Positions 10,833 to 20,999 are shown, counted from the first letter of the whole stretch. The stretch is 61,640 nucleotides of DNA, filler included, from 6 parts of 6 records of this genome joined end to end with filler, not necessarily neighbours in it, one strand, 5' to 3'. Translations and numbers: made by a program. The notes: generated by a model from the letters alone, not told the origin.

Positions 10833-11963
10833 ATGAAAAAGCATGTAATAATAGGAATGAGCGGTGGGGTGGACTCCTCTGTAGCCGCGGCTTTGCTGGT
10901 GAAGCAGGGATATAAGGTAACCGGTATAACCATGAACCTCTGGGATAAAGATTCGATGAGCGAATTTGAGGGGTACTATGCCTGTTTTGGCCCTAATAAG
11001 GAAGAAGATACCGCGAAAGCAGCCGAGATTTGCGATAAACTCGGTATACAGTTCCTTCAATTTGAGCTTTCCAAAGAGTTTAGTGATATTGTTCTGAACA
11101 ATTTCTCGTATGAATACAGTCAGGGCAGAACCCCGAACCCATGCGTACGTTGCAACAGCAGGGTGAAATTCGGTGCCTTGATCGATAAGGTCACAAAATC
11201 CGGATTAGCGTTCGATTTCTTTGCCACAGGACATTATGTGCGGAAAGGATACAGCGAGTTTTGGAACAGTGATGTGCTGCTGCGAGGGATGAATCTGAAA
11301 AAGGATCAAAGCTATTTCCTCTATCGTTTGACTCCACAACAGATTGCGCGAACACTGTTTCCTCTGGGCGGAATGGAAAAAGAGGATGTTAAGAAGCTTG
11401 CATATGAGATGAATCTGGGATTCGATGAGGTGCGCGAGAGTCAGGATTTTATCAGCGGCGATTATACCGAACTGCTGGATTTTGAGTTTATCCCTGGTGA
11501 TATAGTTGATACGGAAGGCAATGTTCTCGGGCAGCATAACGGCTTTGTGCGTTACACTATCGGACAGCGCAGGGGATTGGGAATTGCGGCACCGAGGCCA
11601 TACTATGTAGTTGGAATAGATAAAGAAAAAAATCAAGTCATAATCGGCCATAAAGAGCATGTCTACGGGCATTCCCTGCAGGCAGGAGATATGAATTGGC
11701 TGGTGAATCCTCAGCTTGGATTGATAGGAGACAGCACGCAATCGGATTCCGATGGGCGAAATTTCTTCGAAGCTCAGGCAAAAATCCGATCCCAGCAGAA
11801 ACCGTTCAGTGTCAGAGTGTATCCGGAAAGTGTTGGTAACGCAGCCGATAATGGAAGGAGATGCAGAATTGAATTTATCGAACCGCAATGGGCGGTAACA
11901 CCTGGACAGTCGGTTGTACTGTATGATGGTGATATTGTGCTTGGCGGTGGTATAATTGAATAG
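10833..11963 (+). CDS. mnmA: tRNA-specific 2-thiouridylase
   Basis: MSGGVDSS PP-loop, TPNPCVRCN, ATGHY, KDQSYFL, YTIGQRRGL, TPGQ. Confidence 0.97.
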   Translation: MKKHVIIGMSGGVDSSVAAALLVKQGYKVTGITMNLWDKDSMSEFEGYYACFGPNKEEDTAKAAEICDKLGIQFLQFELSKEFSDIVLNNFSYEYSQGRTPNPCVRCNSRVKFGALIDKVTKSGLAFDFFATGHYVRKGYSEFWNSDVLLRGMNLKKDQSYFLYRLTPQQIARTLFPLGGMEKEDVKKLAYEMNLGFDEVRESQDFISGDYTELLDFEFIPGDIVDTEGNVLGQHNGFVRYTIGQRRGLGIAAPRPYYVVGIDKEKNQVIIGHKEHVYGHSLQAGDMNWLVNPQLGLIGDSTQSDSDGRNFFEAQAKIRSQQKPFSVRVYPESVGNAADNGRRCRIEFIEPQWAVTPGQSVVLYDGDIVLGGGIIE

Positions 11964-11999
11964 AAAACAACATGGAAAATACCTACCAGTGGAGAGATA

Positions 12000-13526
12000 A
12001 TGATGATCGGGAACCTTGCATTCAACAATGATGTATATCTGGAAGAACAGACGAAGGAGATTCTTGAAAGAATATCCCGGTTTGACAACAAGCTCTATCT
12101 GGAGTTCGGCGGTAAGCTGATATTTGATTATCACGCATCCCGTGTACTGCCGGGATTCGATCCCAATGTGAAAATGCGGCTGCTGCAGAAGCTGAAAGAT
12201 AAAGCGGAAATTATTCTCTGCATCTATGCCGGTCATATCGAGCAGCGCAAAACCAGAGCTGATTTTGGTATTACCTATGATGCCGACGCGATGAAGCTTA
12301 TTGATGATCTGCGCGGGACTTGGGGACTCTCCATAAATTCCGTTGTGGTTACCAGATATGAGGATCAGCCTTCGGTTGATCAGTTTATTCGTACTCTGGA
12401 ACGGCGTGATATTACCGTTCATATCCATCGTGCGACCAAAGGATATCCGACCGATATAGATCTGATAGTCAGTGCTGATGGATATGGGAAGAACCCCTAT
12501 ATTCAGACAACAAAACCGTTGGTAGTGGTTACCGGACCGGGACCGAACAGCGGAAAGCTGGGGACCTGTCTGTCGCAGCTCTACCATGAACATGAACGCG
12601 GTGTTTCTGCGGGATACGCTAAGTTTGAAAGTTTTCCCATCTGGAATCTGCCGCTGAAACATCCCATAAATGTTGCCTATGAAGCAGCTACCGCGGATCT
12701 TAAGGATATCAACCTGGTGGATCCTTTCCATCTGGAAACCTATGGAAAGACCGCCATTAATTATAATCGCGATGTTGAAGCTTTTCCGCTGCTGAAACGT
12801 ATTCTGGAAAAGATATCGGGCAGTACTTCGCTCTATCAGTCACCGACCGATATGGGGGTGAATCGCATTGGATTTGCCATAGAGGATGATAACGCAGCCA
12901 GGAACGCGGCCAGGCAGGAGATTATTCGCAGAGCATTCCGCTACTCATGTGAATATATGCTGGGACTGGGTACAAAGGATACTGTCGATCGCGCTCGCTT
13001 GATAATGGATGGAGTTGGTACTTCTGAAGAAGACAGAGTAGTGGTTCAGCATGCTCGCCTTGCCGGCAAATCGGCACAGGAGGACCCTGAGAAAGGGCAT
13101 GATGGTATCTACTGCGGAGCGGCAATTGAGCTTCCGGATGGAACAATCGTGACTGGCAAGAATTCAACCACCATGCACGCAGCTGCGGCAGCGGTGCTAA
13201 ATGCCGTCAAGATGCTGGCCGGATTACCCGACAAGCTGCATTTGATATCGCCCTCGATTCTCGAATCGGTCGAAGCGATGAAAGAGGTGGTGAAGGGTAA
13301 AGATGCAGTAACTCTGGATCTGGAAGAGATGCTGATAGCATTGGGAGCCTCAACAGCTTCCAGCAGCAGCGCCTATCTGGCAGTAAAGCAGCTGGGAAAA
13401 TTACGGAGCTGCGAGATGCATATTACCCATATGCCATCATCCGGTGATGAGGCCGGTCTGCGTGATCTTGGCCTGCATGTAACCAGCGATCCGCGCTTCT
13501 CTTCCCAGCGGCTGCTGATGTACTAA
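12000..13526 (+). CDS. DUF1846 (UPF0371) family protein
   Basis: KLYLEFGGKL, HASRVLPGFDP, GPGPNSGK, GYAKFE.FPIWN, YNRDVE.FP, SPTDMGVN. Confidence 0.92.
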   Translation: MMIGNLAFNNDVYLEEQTKEILERISRFDNKLYLEFGGKLIFDYHASRVLPGFDPNVKMRLLQKLKDKAEIILCIYAGHIEQRKTRADFGITYDADAMKLIDDLRGTWGLSINSVVVTRYEDQPSVDQFIRTLERRDITVHIHRATKGYPTDIDLIVSADGYGKNPYIQTTKPLVVVTGPGPNSGKLGTCLSQLYHEHERGVSAGYAKFESFPIWNLPLKHPINVAYEAATADLKDINLVDPFHLETYGKTAINYNRDVEAFPLLKRILEKISGSTSLYQSPTDMGVNRIGFAIEDDNAARNAARQEIIRRAFRYSCEYMLGLGTKDTVDRARLIMDGVGTSEEDRVVVQHARLAGKSAQEDPEKGHDGIYCGAAIELPDGTIVTGKNSTTMHAAAAAVLNAVKMLAGLPDKLHLISPSILESVEAMKEVVKGKDAVTLDLEEMLIALGASTASSSSAYLAVKQLGKLRSCEMHITHMPSSGDEAGLRDLGLHVTSDPRFSSQRLLMY

Positions 13527-13538
13527 GTTGGTTTCGTT

Positions 13539-14030
13539 ATGAGTACACTTGTTATGTACGTCGTCACCGGGGTGCTGCTGATTATTTCCCTGGCTGCGAA
13601 TAGGTATAAAACACTGAAAGCACTGAAGAAATCATGGAAAGCCTTTGAGAATATTCTGCCGCAGGTGCTGGCTGTTCTGCTGATTGTCGGTGTTGTTGTG
13701 ACAGCTCTGAATCCAGAGACGATTTCACGTATTATCGGTTCTGAGTCGGGATGGTTTGGCACGCTGCTGGCTGCTCTGGTTGGTTCTGTTACACTGATTC
13801 CCGGGTTCATCGCTTTTCCAACGGCGGCCTTGCTGCTGGAGAACGGTGCCGGATACATGCAGATTGCAGCATTCGTTTCGACATTAATGATGGTTGGTGT
13901 TGTGACATATCCAGTGGAGCGGCAATATTTTGGCGCTAAGCTGACTCTGATCAGAAATGGCCTAGCTTTCGTTTTTTCATTCCTGGTAGCGGCGATCATA
14001 CATTGGGTGGCATCAGGAGCAACAGTATGA
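13539..14030 (+). CDS. DUF318-type predicted permease, subunit 1
   Basis: Hydrophobic; GSVTLIPGFIAFP.AA.LL..GAG motif. Confidence 0.75.
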   Translation: MSTLVMYVVTGVLLIISLAANRYKTLKALKKSWKAFENILPQVLAVLLIVGVVVTALNPETISRIIGSESGWFGTLLAALVGSVTLIPGFIAFPTAALLLENGAGYMQIAAFVSTLMMVGVVTYPVERQYFGAKLTLIRNGLAFVFSFLVAAIIHWVASGATV

Positions 14031-14554
14031 AAAAGTACCTGAAACGTTACCGTATGTTTCTCATTATGGTTGCTGTCATGCTGGTGATCCTGGCAGTCAA
14101 TATCGATTTTGGCAAGGAATCCTTACTGATTTCCGCCGACAGTCTGCTGGAGATGCTGACTATTATCCCGCCGATTTTTATTCTGCTTGGGCTGCTTGAT
14201 GTCTGGGTTCCCCGCGAAACGATGGTCCGCTATATGGGAGAAGGGTCCGGAATAAAAGGTGTAGTGATTGCATTTATCATCGGTTCGGCTGCCGCGGGTC
14301 CATTGTATGGGGCATTTCCCATTGCTGCAGTATTTCTGAGGAAAGGTGCCAGTTTCAGGAATGTGCTGATTTTTATCGGAGCCTGGTCAACGACGAAAGT
14401 GCCTATGTTCCTGTTCGAGTACGCGTCGCTTGGGGCGCGCTTTGCCGTTACCCGTCTGCTGGTTGATATTCCCGGCATAATCCTTATCGCTGCACTGATC
14501 AATCGGTTGATGTCGCAGGAGCAGAAAGATGGGATTATTGAGCAGCTGCCGTAG
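14027..14554 (+). CDS. DUF318-type predicted permease, subunit 2
   Basis: PPIFILLGLLDVWVP, AAGPLYGAFP, GAWSTTK; ATGA overlap with the previous gene. Confidence 0.78.
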   Translation: MKKYLKRYRMFLIMVAVMLVILAVNIDFGKESLLISADSLLEMLTIIPPIFILLGLLDVWVPRETMVRYMGEGSGIKGVVIAFIIGSAAAGPLYGAFPIAAVFLRKGASFRNVLIFIGAWSTTKVPMFLFEYASLGARFAVTRLLVDIPGIILIAALINRLMSQEQKDGIIEQLP

Positions 14555-14559
14555 ATTGG

Positions 14560-15201
14560 TTACCTGCTGTCTCTTGGATGTTTAAAACATTTTGCAGGAT
14601 TGGGTATAAGCATTGGGACATTCTGTTTGTATGCGGTATAGACGTTTCCAAACTCCTTCTCCAGAAAGTGCTCTTCGGTCTTTGCCATTGCGTATATGAC
14701 CAGGCAGGCTGCCGGAAAGGCGTACATAGCATAGCGGGAAGAGAGCATAAGCGAACAGGCCGCATGGGCCAGCAGTCCGCCGAAATACTGGGGATGCCGC
14801 AGACAGGCATACATACCACTGGTTATGATGCGGTCCGGTCGATGGGTTTCAGCGGTTTTCAGCCCGGTTTCTCGAACGCCGGAAATTCCAAAATAGAAAG
14901 CCCCAATCCACAAGGGGAGAGAGATAATCAGATGCAGGATGTTTATCCTGTACCACAGGAAGTCCCATGTTGCCCATCTGCTGTCGACCGGCAGCGGACT
15001 GAAGCTTGATTGCGGTACAATCCAAATGAGAAACCAGAACAGGAAAAATCCCCATCCCGATATTCTGCCGAGCAGTTCACCGATAGAGGTGCCGAGCCTG
15101 CTGCCGAATTTCCATTTCAGATAGGCGTGGTTAAGCGAGAGATAATACAATGGCAGCATAAGCAGCAGACCGATACAGGCTGCAGGAAAGTACCACTTCA
15201 A
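14560..15201 (-). CDS. Isoprenylcysteine carboxyl methyltransferase/PEMT family membrane protein
   Basis: TSGMYACLRHPQY and EE..L...FG..Y..YK..VP motifs. Confidence 0.85.
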   Translation of the reverse strand: MKWYFPAACIGLLLMLPLYYLSLNHAYLKWKFGSRLGTSIGELLGRISGWGFFLFWFLIWIVPQSSFSPLPVDSRWATWDFLWYRINILHLIISLPLWIGAFYFGISGVRETGLKTAETHRPDRIITSGMYACLRHPQYFGGLLAHAACSLMLSSRYAMYAFPAACLVIYAMAKTEEHFLEKEFGNVYTAYKQNVPMLIPNPAKCFKHPRDSR

Positions 15202-15364
15202 ACTATGCTCCTCTGTCTGATTTTACGCCATGACAGGCTGTAAGTCATTACTTTTCAGTCAGGTATTTTTTGTTCATATGCTTCACTTGTGCTGCAACCT
15301 GTAATACAATGAACACATAGATTAGTATCCTGCGATTTGTTGCTGGGCAGACAGGAGGGTGGTA

Positions 15365-15886
15365 ATGGATAATAAGAAATCGCTGTTTTTTGGGATTATC
15401 ATGATAGCTTTTCTCGTTTCAGGATGTACGACTACGATCATCACCCGATCCATCGAGATGGAATATCGCCATGATATTGAACGGGATGAGTTAATGGCTG
15501 CCATATCGGATGTCCTGATTGATAATGGTTTCTCAATTGATTCAACTGATACACTACATGGGATCATTACCACAGACTTGCTGCCGGAAAAGCCGTTTGG
15601 TACAGATTTGTTTCAATCAACAATGCTCTATACCATTTTCGGTATTAGAACGTATACACAGGCTCTCTATATAACATTTAAGGTTCATAATTCAGGATAC
15701 ACAGTGTACCCGGCTTTGACGTACCTGGATTCCATGTATCACCTGCCGACAGGCAGTATTGCGGCACCAAAAGTGGATTCCTGGGCGGGTAATAAAGTGA
15801 ATAAGGTCGTTGCGGATATCGGGCATAAACTGAACCTGCAGGCTGAAATTGTCTGGCTGGAGGAAGTTGAGGAGATTACCTGGTAG
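15365..15886 (+). CDS. Hypothetical lipoprotein
   Basis: Signal peptide ending LVSG-C; AGGAGG RBS. Confidence 0.7.
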   Translation: MDNKKSLFFGIIMIAFLVSGCTTTIITRSIEMEYRHDIERDELMAAISDVLIDNGFSIDSTDTLHGIITTDLLPEKPFGTDLFQSTMLYTIFGIRTYTQALYITFKVHNSGYTVYPALTYLDSMYHLPTGSIAAPKVDSWAGNKVNKVVADIGHKLNLQAEIVWLEEVEEITW

Positions 15887-15946
15887 CAACCGCTGTATTA
15901 CTGGTTTCTCAGATATTTTACGTATGATACTTCTACCAATAGTGAA

Positions 15947-17458
15947 TTACACTACAAGTCCATTCCGGTATTTTTCCATATACTCGGCAAATTTATGCTG
16001 CTCCAGCGGCGGAGTAAAATAATATCCCTGAACGTAGTCAACATTGAGGCGGCGGGCGAAATCGAGATGACCGCGGTGTTCAATTCCTTTCAGCATTTTC
16101 TTTAGATGCATACTGCGGGCGGCGTTGATAATCGACTTGTAAAATCTGAATTCCCGATCGGCAAATGACGAGGAGGCGGAGAGCGGTTCCATAGCCGATT
16201 TTCCATTATCACTCCGGCTGTTATCAACGGTAGTTTCGTTATGGCGGAGGACTGACTTATGAATTTTAACCGTATCAAAAGAGTTATACAGAAATGAATT
16301 GAGAGCAAAACTGTCTGAAGAGAACATATCGATTGCCACTCTGAACCCCGCTTTCTTTAATTCGGCAATACTTGAGATAATGAACTCATCGGTCAGGGGC
16401 TCGTCCTTGATATCAAATTCAATATAAGCAGGGTCAAGCTCATAGCGATGTGCCAGCTCCTTTATACTGCTGATCGGAAGATCCCGTAATGTGTTGGCAC
16501 TGATATTGACCATCGTGATGAAGTCATCAACAATCAATCCCTTATTTCGCAGTTCCCAGACAAAATGAAAGGTCTTGTTTATTACTCTAAAGTCAATGTC
16601 TTTTAACAAGTTCTTCTCATTGGCAATCTCGGTAAAATTATGGGCTTCAATGATTCGATAACTGTTTTTCTGCCAGCGTACAAAGCTTTCACAGCCGATA
16701 ATTTTTTCATTCTCAAGATCGATTATCGGTTGAAAAAACGGATTGAACTCATCAAGGCGAAAACTCTCTTCCATCGAGAGGGTGAAATCATCAATATCCG
16801 TTTTCAGATTGCGGATGAGTTCATCTGCGATAAGGAATGGTTTATGCTGCTCCAGGGCTATCAACTTGGTGAATTGGGCCAGACGTATTAATCCATAGAC
16901 ACTGGTGAAGTCCTTGCGGACTCCCTGGGATGCGGTCCCCATAGTCAGTTTAATGAAATGACGATTATCCACAGGAAGTGTTTCCAGTAGACAGGTGAAC
17001 CTGACGGTGATTTCCCTGGTGATGGTAGCCATCTCCTGATAGCGGACCTCGAAATTGGCATCGGGATTGGTGAATTCAGCTATGATGATGGCTTGGTTCT
17101 GTTCAATGGAAAAGACATTCTTTTTACCAAACAGACTGCGTAGATTTACAAAGAATTCATCGTGATAGCTCATATCGAAATGCAGATCAAGCATTGAATG
17201 ATATTTACCCGAATTGCGGTACTCCAGCGCGATGCAGAAATAGGATTCTGCATCAATATTGCTGTATTTTTTCCTGATTGATTTGGGTGATTTCACCAGT
17301 GGATTATGCTTTTTCCCCAGTGTTGTCAGAATGGTCAGAATCAAAAGCAATATAGCCGAAGCCCCCAGCTGGATCCGTTGGTCAGCCCGGGGAATAGTGA
17401 TTAGTGCCGTCAGTGTCAGACCCAGGATATACAGCGGAATAAGTTTTTTTCTCAGCAC
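15947..17458 (-). CDS. Membrane-anchored degenerate GGDEF-EAL domain protein (probable c-di-GMP effector)
   Basis: Two N-terminal TM segments; GGDEF-like remnant (KLTMGTAS, LIRLAQ); EAL domain FQPII..ESFVRW, VNIS, QGYYF with degenerate catalytic motifs. Confidence 0.85.
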   Translation of the reverse strand: MLRKKLIPLYILGLTLTALITIPRADQRIQLGASAILLLILTILTTLGKKHNPLVKSPKSIRKKYSNIDAESYFCIALEYRNSGKYHSMLDLHFDMSYHDEFFVNLRSLFGKKNVFSIEQNQAIIIAEFTNPDANFEVRYQEMATITREITVRFTCLLETLPVDNRHFIKLTMGTASQGVRKDFTSVYGLIRLAQFTKLIALEQHKPFLIADELIRNLKTDIDDFTLSMEESFRLDEFNPFFQPIIDLENEKIIGCESFVRWQKNSYRIIEAHNFTEIANEKNLLKDIDFRVINKTFHFVWELRNKGLIVDDFITMVNISANTLRDLPISSIKELAHRYELDPAYIEFDIKDEPLTDEFIISSIAELKKAGFRVAIDMFSSDSFALNSFLYNSFDTVKIHKSVLRHNETTVDNSRSDNGKSAMEPLSASSSFADREFRFYKSIINAARSMHLKKMLKGIEHRGHLDFARRLNVDYVQGYYFTPPLEQHKFAEYMEKYRNGLVV

Positions 17459-17708
17459 AGTTGCCCCCTAGCATTCTAGTCTGTGAGTATAGAGCAGGAG
17501 CGGGATGGTATGCCGGTTCTATTGCCTGGCAAGGTTATGAGTTCGTAATATTATATATCAGTACAAGGTCGATACACTGCCGGGGAAGTTTATACGTAAT
17601 CCCCAGACAGTGCATCATACCTAACTCATACTCATCTGTTCCGAAAACGATTGAATTTCAGTCGCTGCCGGTAAATCATTACTCCTGAAATGTATTCATT
17701 TGATACAG

Positions 17709-18749
17709 CTATTCTGTTGGTTTAACAAAGTAGCTGCCGCGGTTCTTCAGCAGGAGTTTTGTTCCTTCCACGATCGCGGTCATGGGTTTCCTGGAAATAT
17801 GAAAATCCAGGGAGACGCGACTTTTCAGGAACTCATCCACACCATCAATCAGAGCGCCGCCGCCATTGATTACAATACCGTTAACGATGATATCTGCCGA
17901 TAATTCGGCAGGTGTTCGCTGCAGTACCTTGAGAATGGTGGTTGCGATAGTCTCAAAAGGTTCAACAAGGATATCCCTGATTTCCGATTCATAGATAGTG
18001 ATTTTTTTAGGGAGTCCGGTAACAATATCTCTGCCGCTGGCAGTGGTGGACCGTTCATCGGGGATGGTCTCCCGCAGTGAACCGATCTCTTCTTTGATAC
18101 GTTCAGCGGTCTTTTTCCCAATCAGTAATCCATGCTTGTACTGCAGGTGGTTGATAATTTCGGAGTCAAAATAGTTTCCTGCAACTCGTACGGATTCTGA
18201 TACAACAATATCCCCCAGAGACAGAACACCGATATCCGTAGATCCGCCGCCGATGTCGATAACCATGGTGCCCTGACTGCTGTAGATATCGAGACCTGCC
18301 CCGATTCCGCCTGCCTTGACCTCTTCTTCGATAAATACATCATGTACCCCGATTTTGAGAGCCAGCTCAATGATTGAGTTCTTTTCAAGCTGAGTCACTT
18401 CAGAAGGGCAGCAGATAAGCAGGGTAGAGGTGTTCAGGTCAATGTGGAAAGTTTCAACTTTTCGCAAAGCTATTTCGATCAGTTGCTTGGCGGCATCCAT
18501 ATCGGAGATAACTCCCTGGTTCAGGGGGCTGATTATTTTAATTCCGTGATGCCCGCGGCCAATCATAGCGGCTGCATTGTTTCCTATGGCAATAACTTTA
18601 TCGCTTTCATATTCAACCGCTATTACTGATGGTTCATTGAAAATGATTCCTTCACCATCAACATATACAAGCAAGTTTGCCGTTCCCAGATCAATTCCAA
18701 TATTAGTAGCCTGTTTTTTCATTCTTTTGGTTATGTTCTTAATATTCAT
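17709..18749 (-). CDS. mreB: MreB/Mbl family actin homologue, paralogue 3
   Basis: IGIDLGTAN, NEPS, CPSEVT, EEEVK, DIGGGSTD, GRD..TGLP, GGGAL. Confidence 0.95.
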   Translation of the reverse strand: MNIKNITKRMKKQATNIGIDLGTANLLVYVDGEGIIFNEPSVIAVEYESDKVIAIGNNAAAMIGRGHHGIKIISPLNQGVISDMDAAKQLIEIALRKVETFHIDLNTSTLLICCPSEVTQLEKNSIIELALKIGVHDVFIEEEVKAGGIGAGLDIYSSQGTMVIDIGGGSTDIGVLSLGDIVVSESVRVAGNYFDSEIINHLQYKHGLLIGKKTAERIKEEIGSLRETIPDERSTTASGRDIVTGLPKKITIYESEIRDILVEPFETIATTILKVLQRTPAELSADIIVNGIVINGGGALIDGVDEFLKSRVSLDFHISRKPMTAIVEGTKLLLKNRGSYFVKPTE

Positions 18750-18818
18750 ATTCGAAATTCTCCTGACATAATTTGATGTTACGGCGTGATGCCGTTTCCG
18801 GTATGCTCGGAATGCCTG

Positions 18819-19846
18819 CTACATCGCAAGTGGATTAATTAAATAATCACCGCGGTTCTTCAGCAGGAATTTTGTTCCTTCAGCCACACAGGTCAATGGA
18901 TTGGCGACTACACGTACCGGAACATTGATGTGCTTATTGATATATTCATCGACTCCTCTTACCAGAGAACCCCCACCGGTTAACAGAATACCATTCTGAT
19001 AAATATCGGCTGAGAGCTCGGGAGGAGTATCCTTGAGTACCGCAGCAACCAATTTCACAATCTCCTGAAAGATCGGCAGGAGTATTTCCCTGATCTCATC
19101 TGTGGCAATGGAAATCCATTTTGGAATACCTTGAACGATATCCCGGCCGGCATACTTATTGTTCAGTACTTTAATTTCGTCATGGATGTCGGCCAGCTCG
19201 ATCTTGCAGCGCTCGGAGGTCAACTCCCCGATTTCGACACTGCGGGTCTTCTTGATATACTTGGCGATTTCATCATCCATAAAATTACCCGCCATCCTGA
19301 TTGTCCGTGAAAGCACAATATCACCATATGACAAGATACCGATATCTGTTGTTCCACCGCCGATATCGACGATCATTACCCCTTTGGACTTGAAGATATT
19401 CACCCCGGCACCTAAGGCCCCGGACTTGATTTCCTCTTCAATGAAAATGTCCTGTATGCCCATGTTGTGTGCCAGATCAATCATCACGTCCCGTTCAATC
19501 TTTGTCACTTCCGACGGACAGCAAATTACGCTTGTCGTGTTGCTCAGATCCTTTTCGGTAAGCTTTTCCACCTGATTCAGGACGTATGAAAGCAACGCTT
19601 TGGCTGCACGCATGTCCGATATCACGCCATTTCTCAGCGGCTTGATTACGGAAATTTTACTATGAACCTTTCCCAGCATTTTGTGTGCATCCTTTCCGGC
19701 AGCGACAATCTTACCTGATTCCCGATCGAAAGCGATAACCGATGGTTCATTGAAGATTATTCCTTTTTTTCCAGATACACCAGCAGGTTCGCTGTACCAA
19801 GATCGATACCCAGATTTATTTTTCCATCATTCGCAGTTGTACTCAT
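18819..19846 (-). CDS. mreB: MreB/Mbl family actin homologue, paralogue 2 (frameshift in A7 run at 19764-19770; ~342 aa if restored)
   Basis: ATG at 19846 gives MSTTANDGKINLGIDLGTANLLVYLEKK; one extra A continues GIIFNEPS into the 18819-19679 ORF (EEEIK, DIGGGTTD, TPPEL, LTGGGSL). Confidence 0.9.
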
Positions 19847-19856
19847 ATCATTCCCC

Positions 19857-20888
19857 CTACAGTGTTCCCAGATAGTGTGGTTGTTCAGCTTTCAGCAGTT
19901 TCTTACAGCCGTCAATGACCGCAGTCATTGGTGATTCCGAAATATATACCGGGACATTGGTTATATCCGCAATATATTCCTGAATTCCCGGAATCTGTGA
20001 TCCGCCGCCGCTGAGCAGAATCCCGTTATCCACGAGATCCCCGGCAAGTTCCGGGGGAGTTGATTCCAGGGTTGCTATGAGGATTGATTTGATATTGTCA
20101 AAACAATTCAGCAGCAGTTTGCGAATCTCCTTGGCGGTAATGGTCACCTCTCTGGGCAGTCCTGAGACAAGATCACGTCCCATAGCCTTGCACTTGAGCG
20201 TTTTGCTGTCTTCGTCTGCTGGAAGTTTCCCAGTGAGTGAAGATAGTGTTATTTTTACCCTTTCAGCAGTCTGGGGGCCTATTTCCAGCTGATGAATCTC
20301 TTTGATATAGTCGATAATCTGTTTGTCGAAATAATCCCCGGCAGTCTTGATCGATTTGGATAATACGACATCCCCTAGGGACAGTACCCCGAAATCGGTG
20401 GTGCCTCCGCCAATATCGACTACCAGATGACCATGGGGTGCATAGATGTCTATTCCACTCCCGATGGCTGCAGCCTTGATCTCTTCATCAATGGTTATGT
20501 TCTGGATCCCCAGACCATATCCAAGTTCGATAATGGCATCCTTTTCCGTTTCGGTTATTTCCGATGGAATACAGATGATCAATTTGGTGATGGTATTCAC
20601 TTTTGACTGGAAAATGCTTTCAAGGGTAAAGATTAAAATCTCCTTGATCATGTCGATGTCCGAGATGACTCCGCCCTGCAGAGGACGGATTACCTTGACT
20701 TTGTCATGTGTTTTTCCAACCAGGCTGGATGCCTCATATCCAACCGCTACCACATTCTGCGTTGCCTGATCAATCGCTATGATTGACGGCTCATTGAAGA
20801 CGGTCCCTTGCCCTTCGACATAAATCAGCAGATTTGATGTCCCCAGGTCAATGCCCACGGAAAGATGCTTTGATGTTTTCTCTTTCAT
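19857..20888 (-). CDS. mreB: MreB/Mbl family actin homologue, paralogue 1
   Basis: VGIDLGTSN, NEPS, DEEIKAAAIG, DIGGGTTD, GRDLVSGLP, TPPEL, LSGGGSQ. Confidence 0.95.
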   Translation of the reverse strand: MKEKTSKHLSVGIDLGTSNLLIYVEGQGTVFNEPSIIAIDQATQNVVAVGYEASSLVGKTHDKVKVIRPLQGGVISDIDMIKEILIFTLESIFQSKVNTITKLIICIPSEITETEKDAIIELGYGLGIQNITIDEEIKAAAIGSGIDIYAPHGHLVVDIGGGTTDFGVLSLGDVVLSKSIKTAGDYFDKQIIDYIKEIHQLEIGPQTAERVKITLSSLTGKLPADEDSKTLKCKAMGRDLVSGLPREVTITAKEIRKLLLNCFDNIKSILIATLESTPPELAGDLVDNGILLSGGGSQIPGIQEYIADITNVPVYISESPMTAVIDGCKKLLKAEQPHYLGTL

Positions 20889-20966
20889 GTTTCACTCCCA
20901 TGTGTGTTGTAATGTCGCACCTCCGGCTTCACGATCACAACCGGATACCGGAGATTGCGGAGCTGC

Positions 20967-20999
20967 AAAAAAAGACCTTGAGGTATCTCAAGGTCTTTT
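20967..20999 (-). terminator. Intrinsic terminator in the mreB leader (riboswitch expression platform)
   Basis: Minus strand AGACCTTGAG-ATAC-CTCAAGGTCT (10-bp perfect stem) with a T7 run; between the aptamer and the mreB-1 start. Confidence 0.9.

Noticed and set aside
11205-12731. 508-aa minus-strand ORF
   Set aside because: Antisense shadow of mnmA and DUF1846, with no recognisable motifs.
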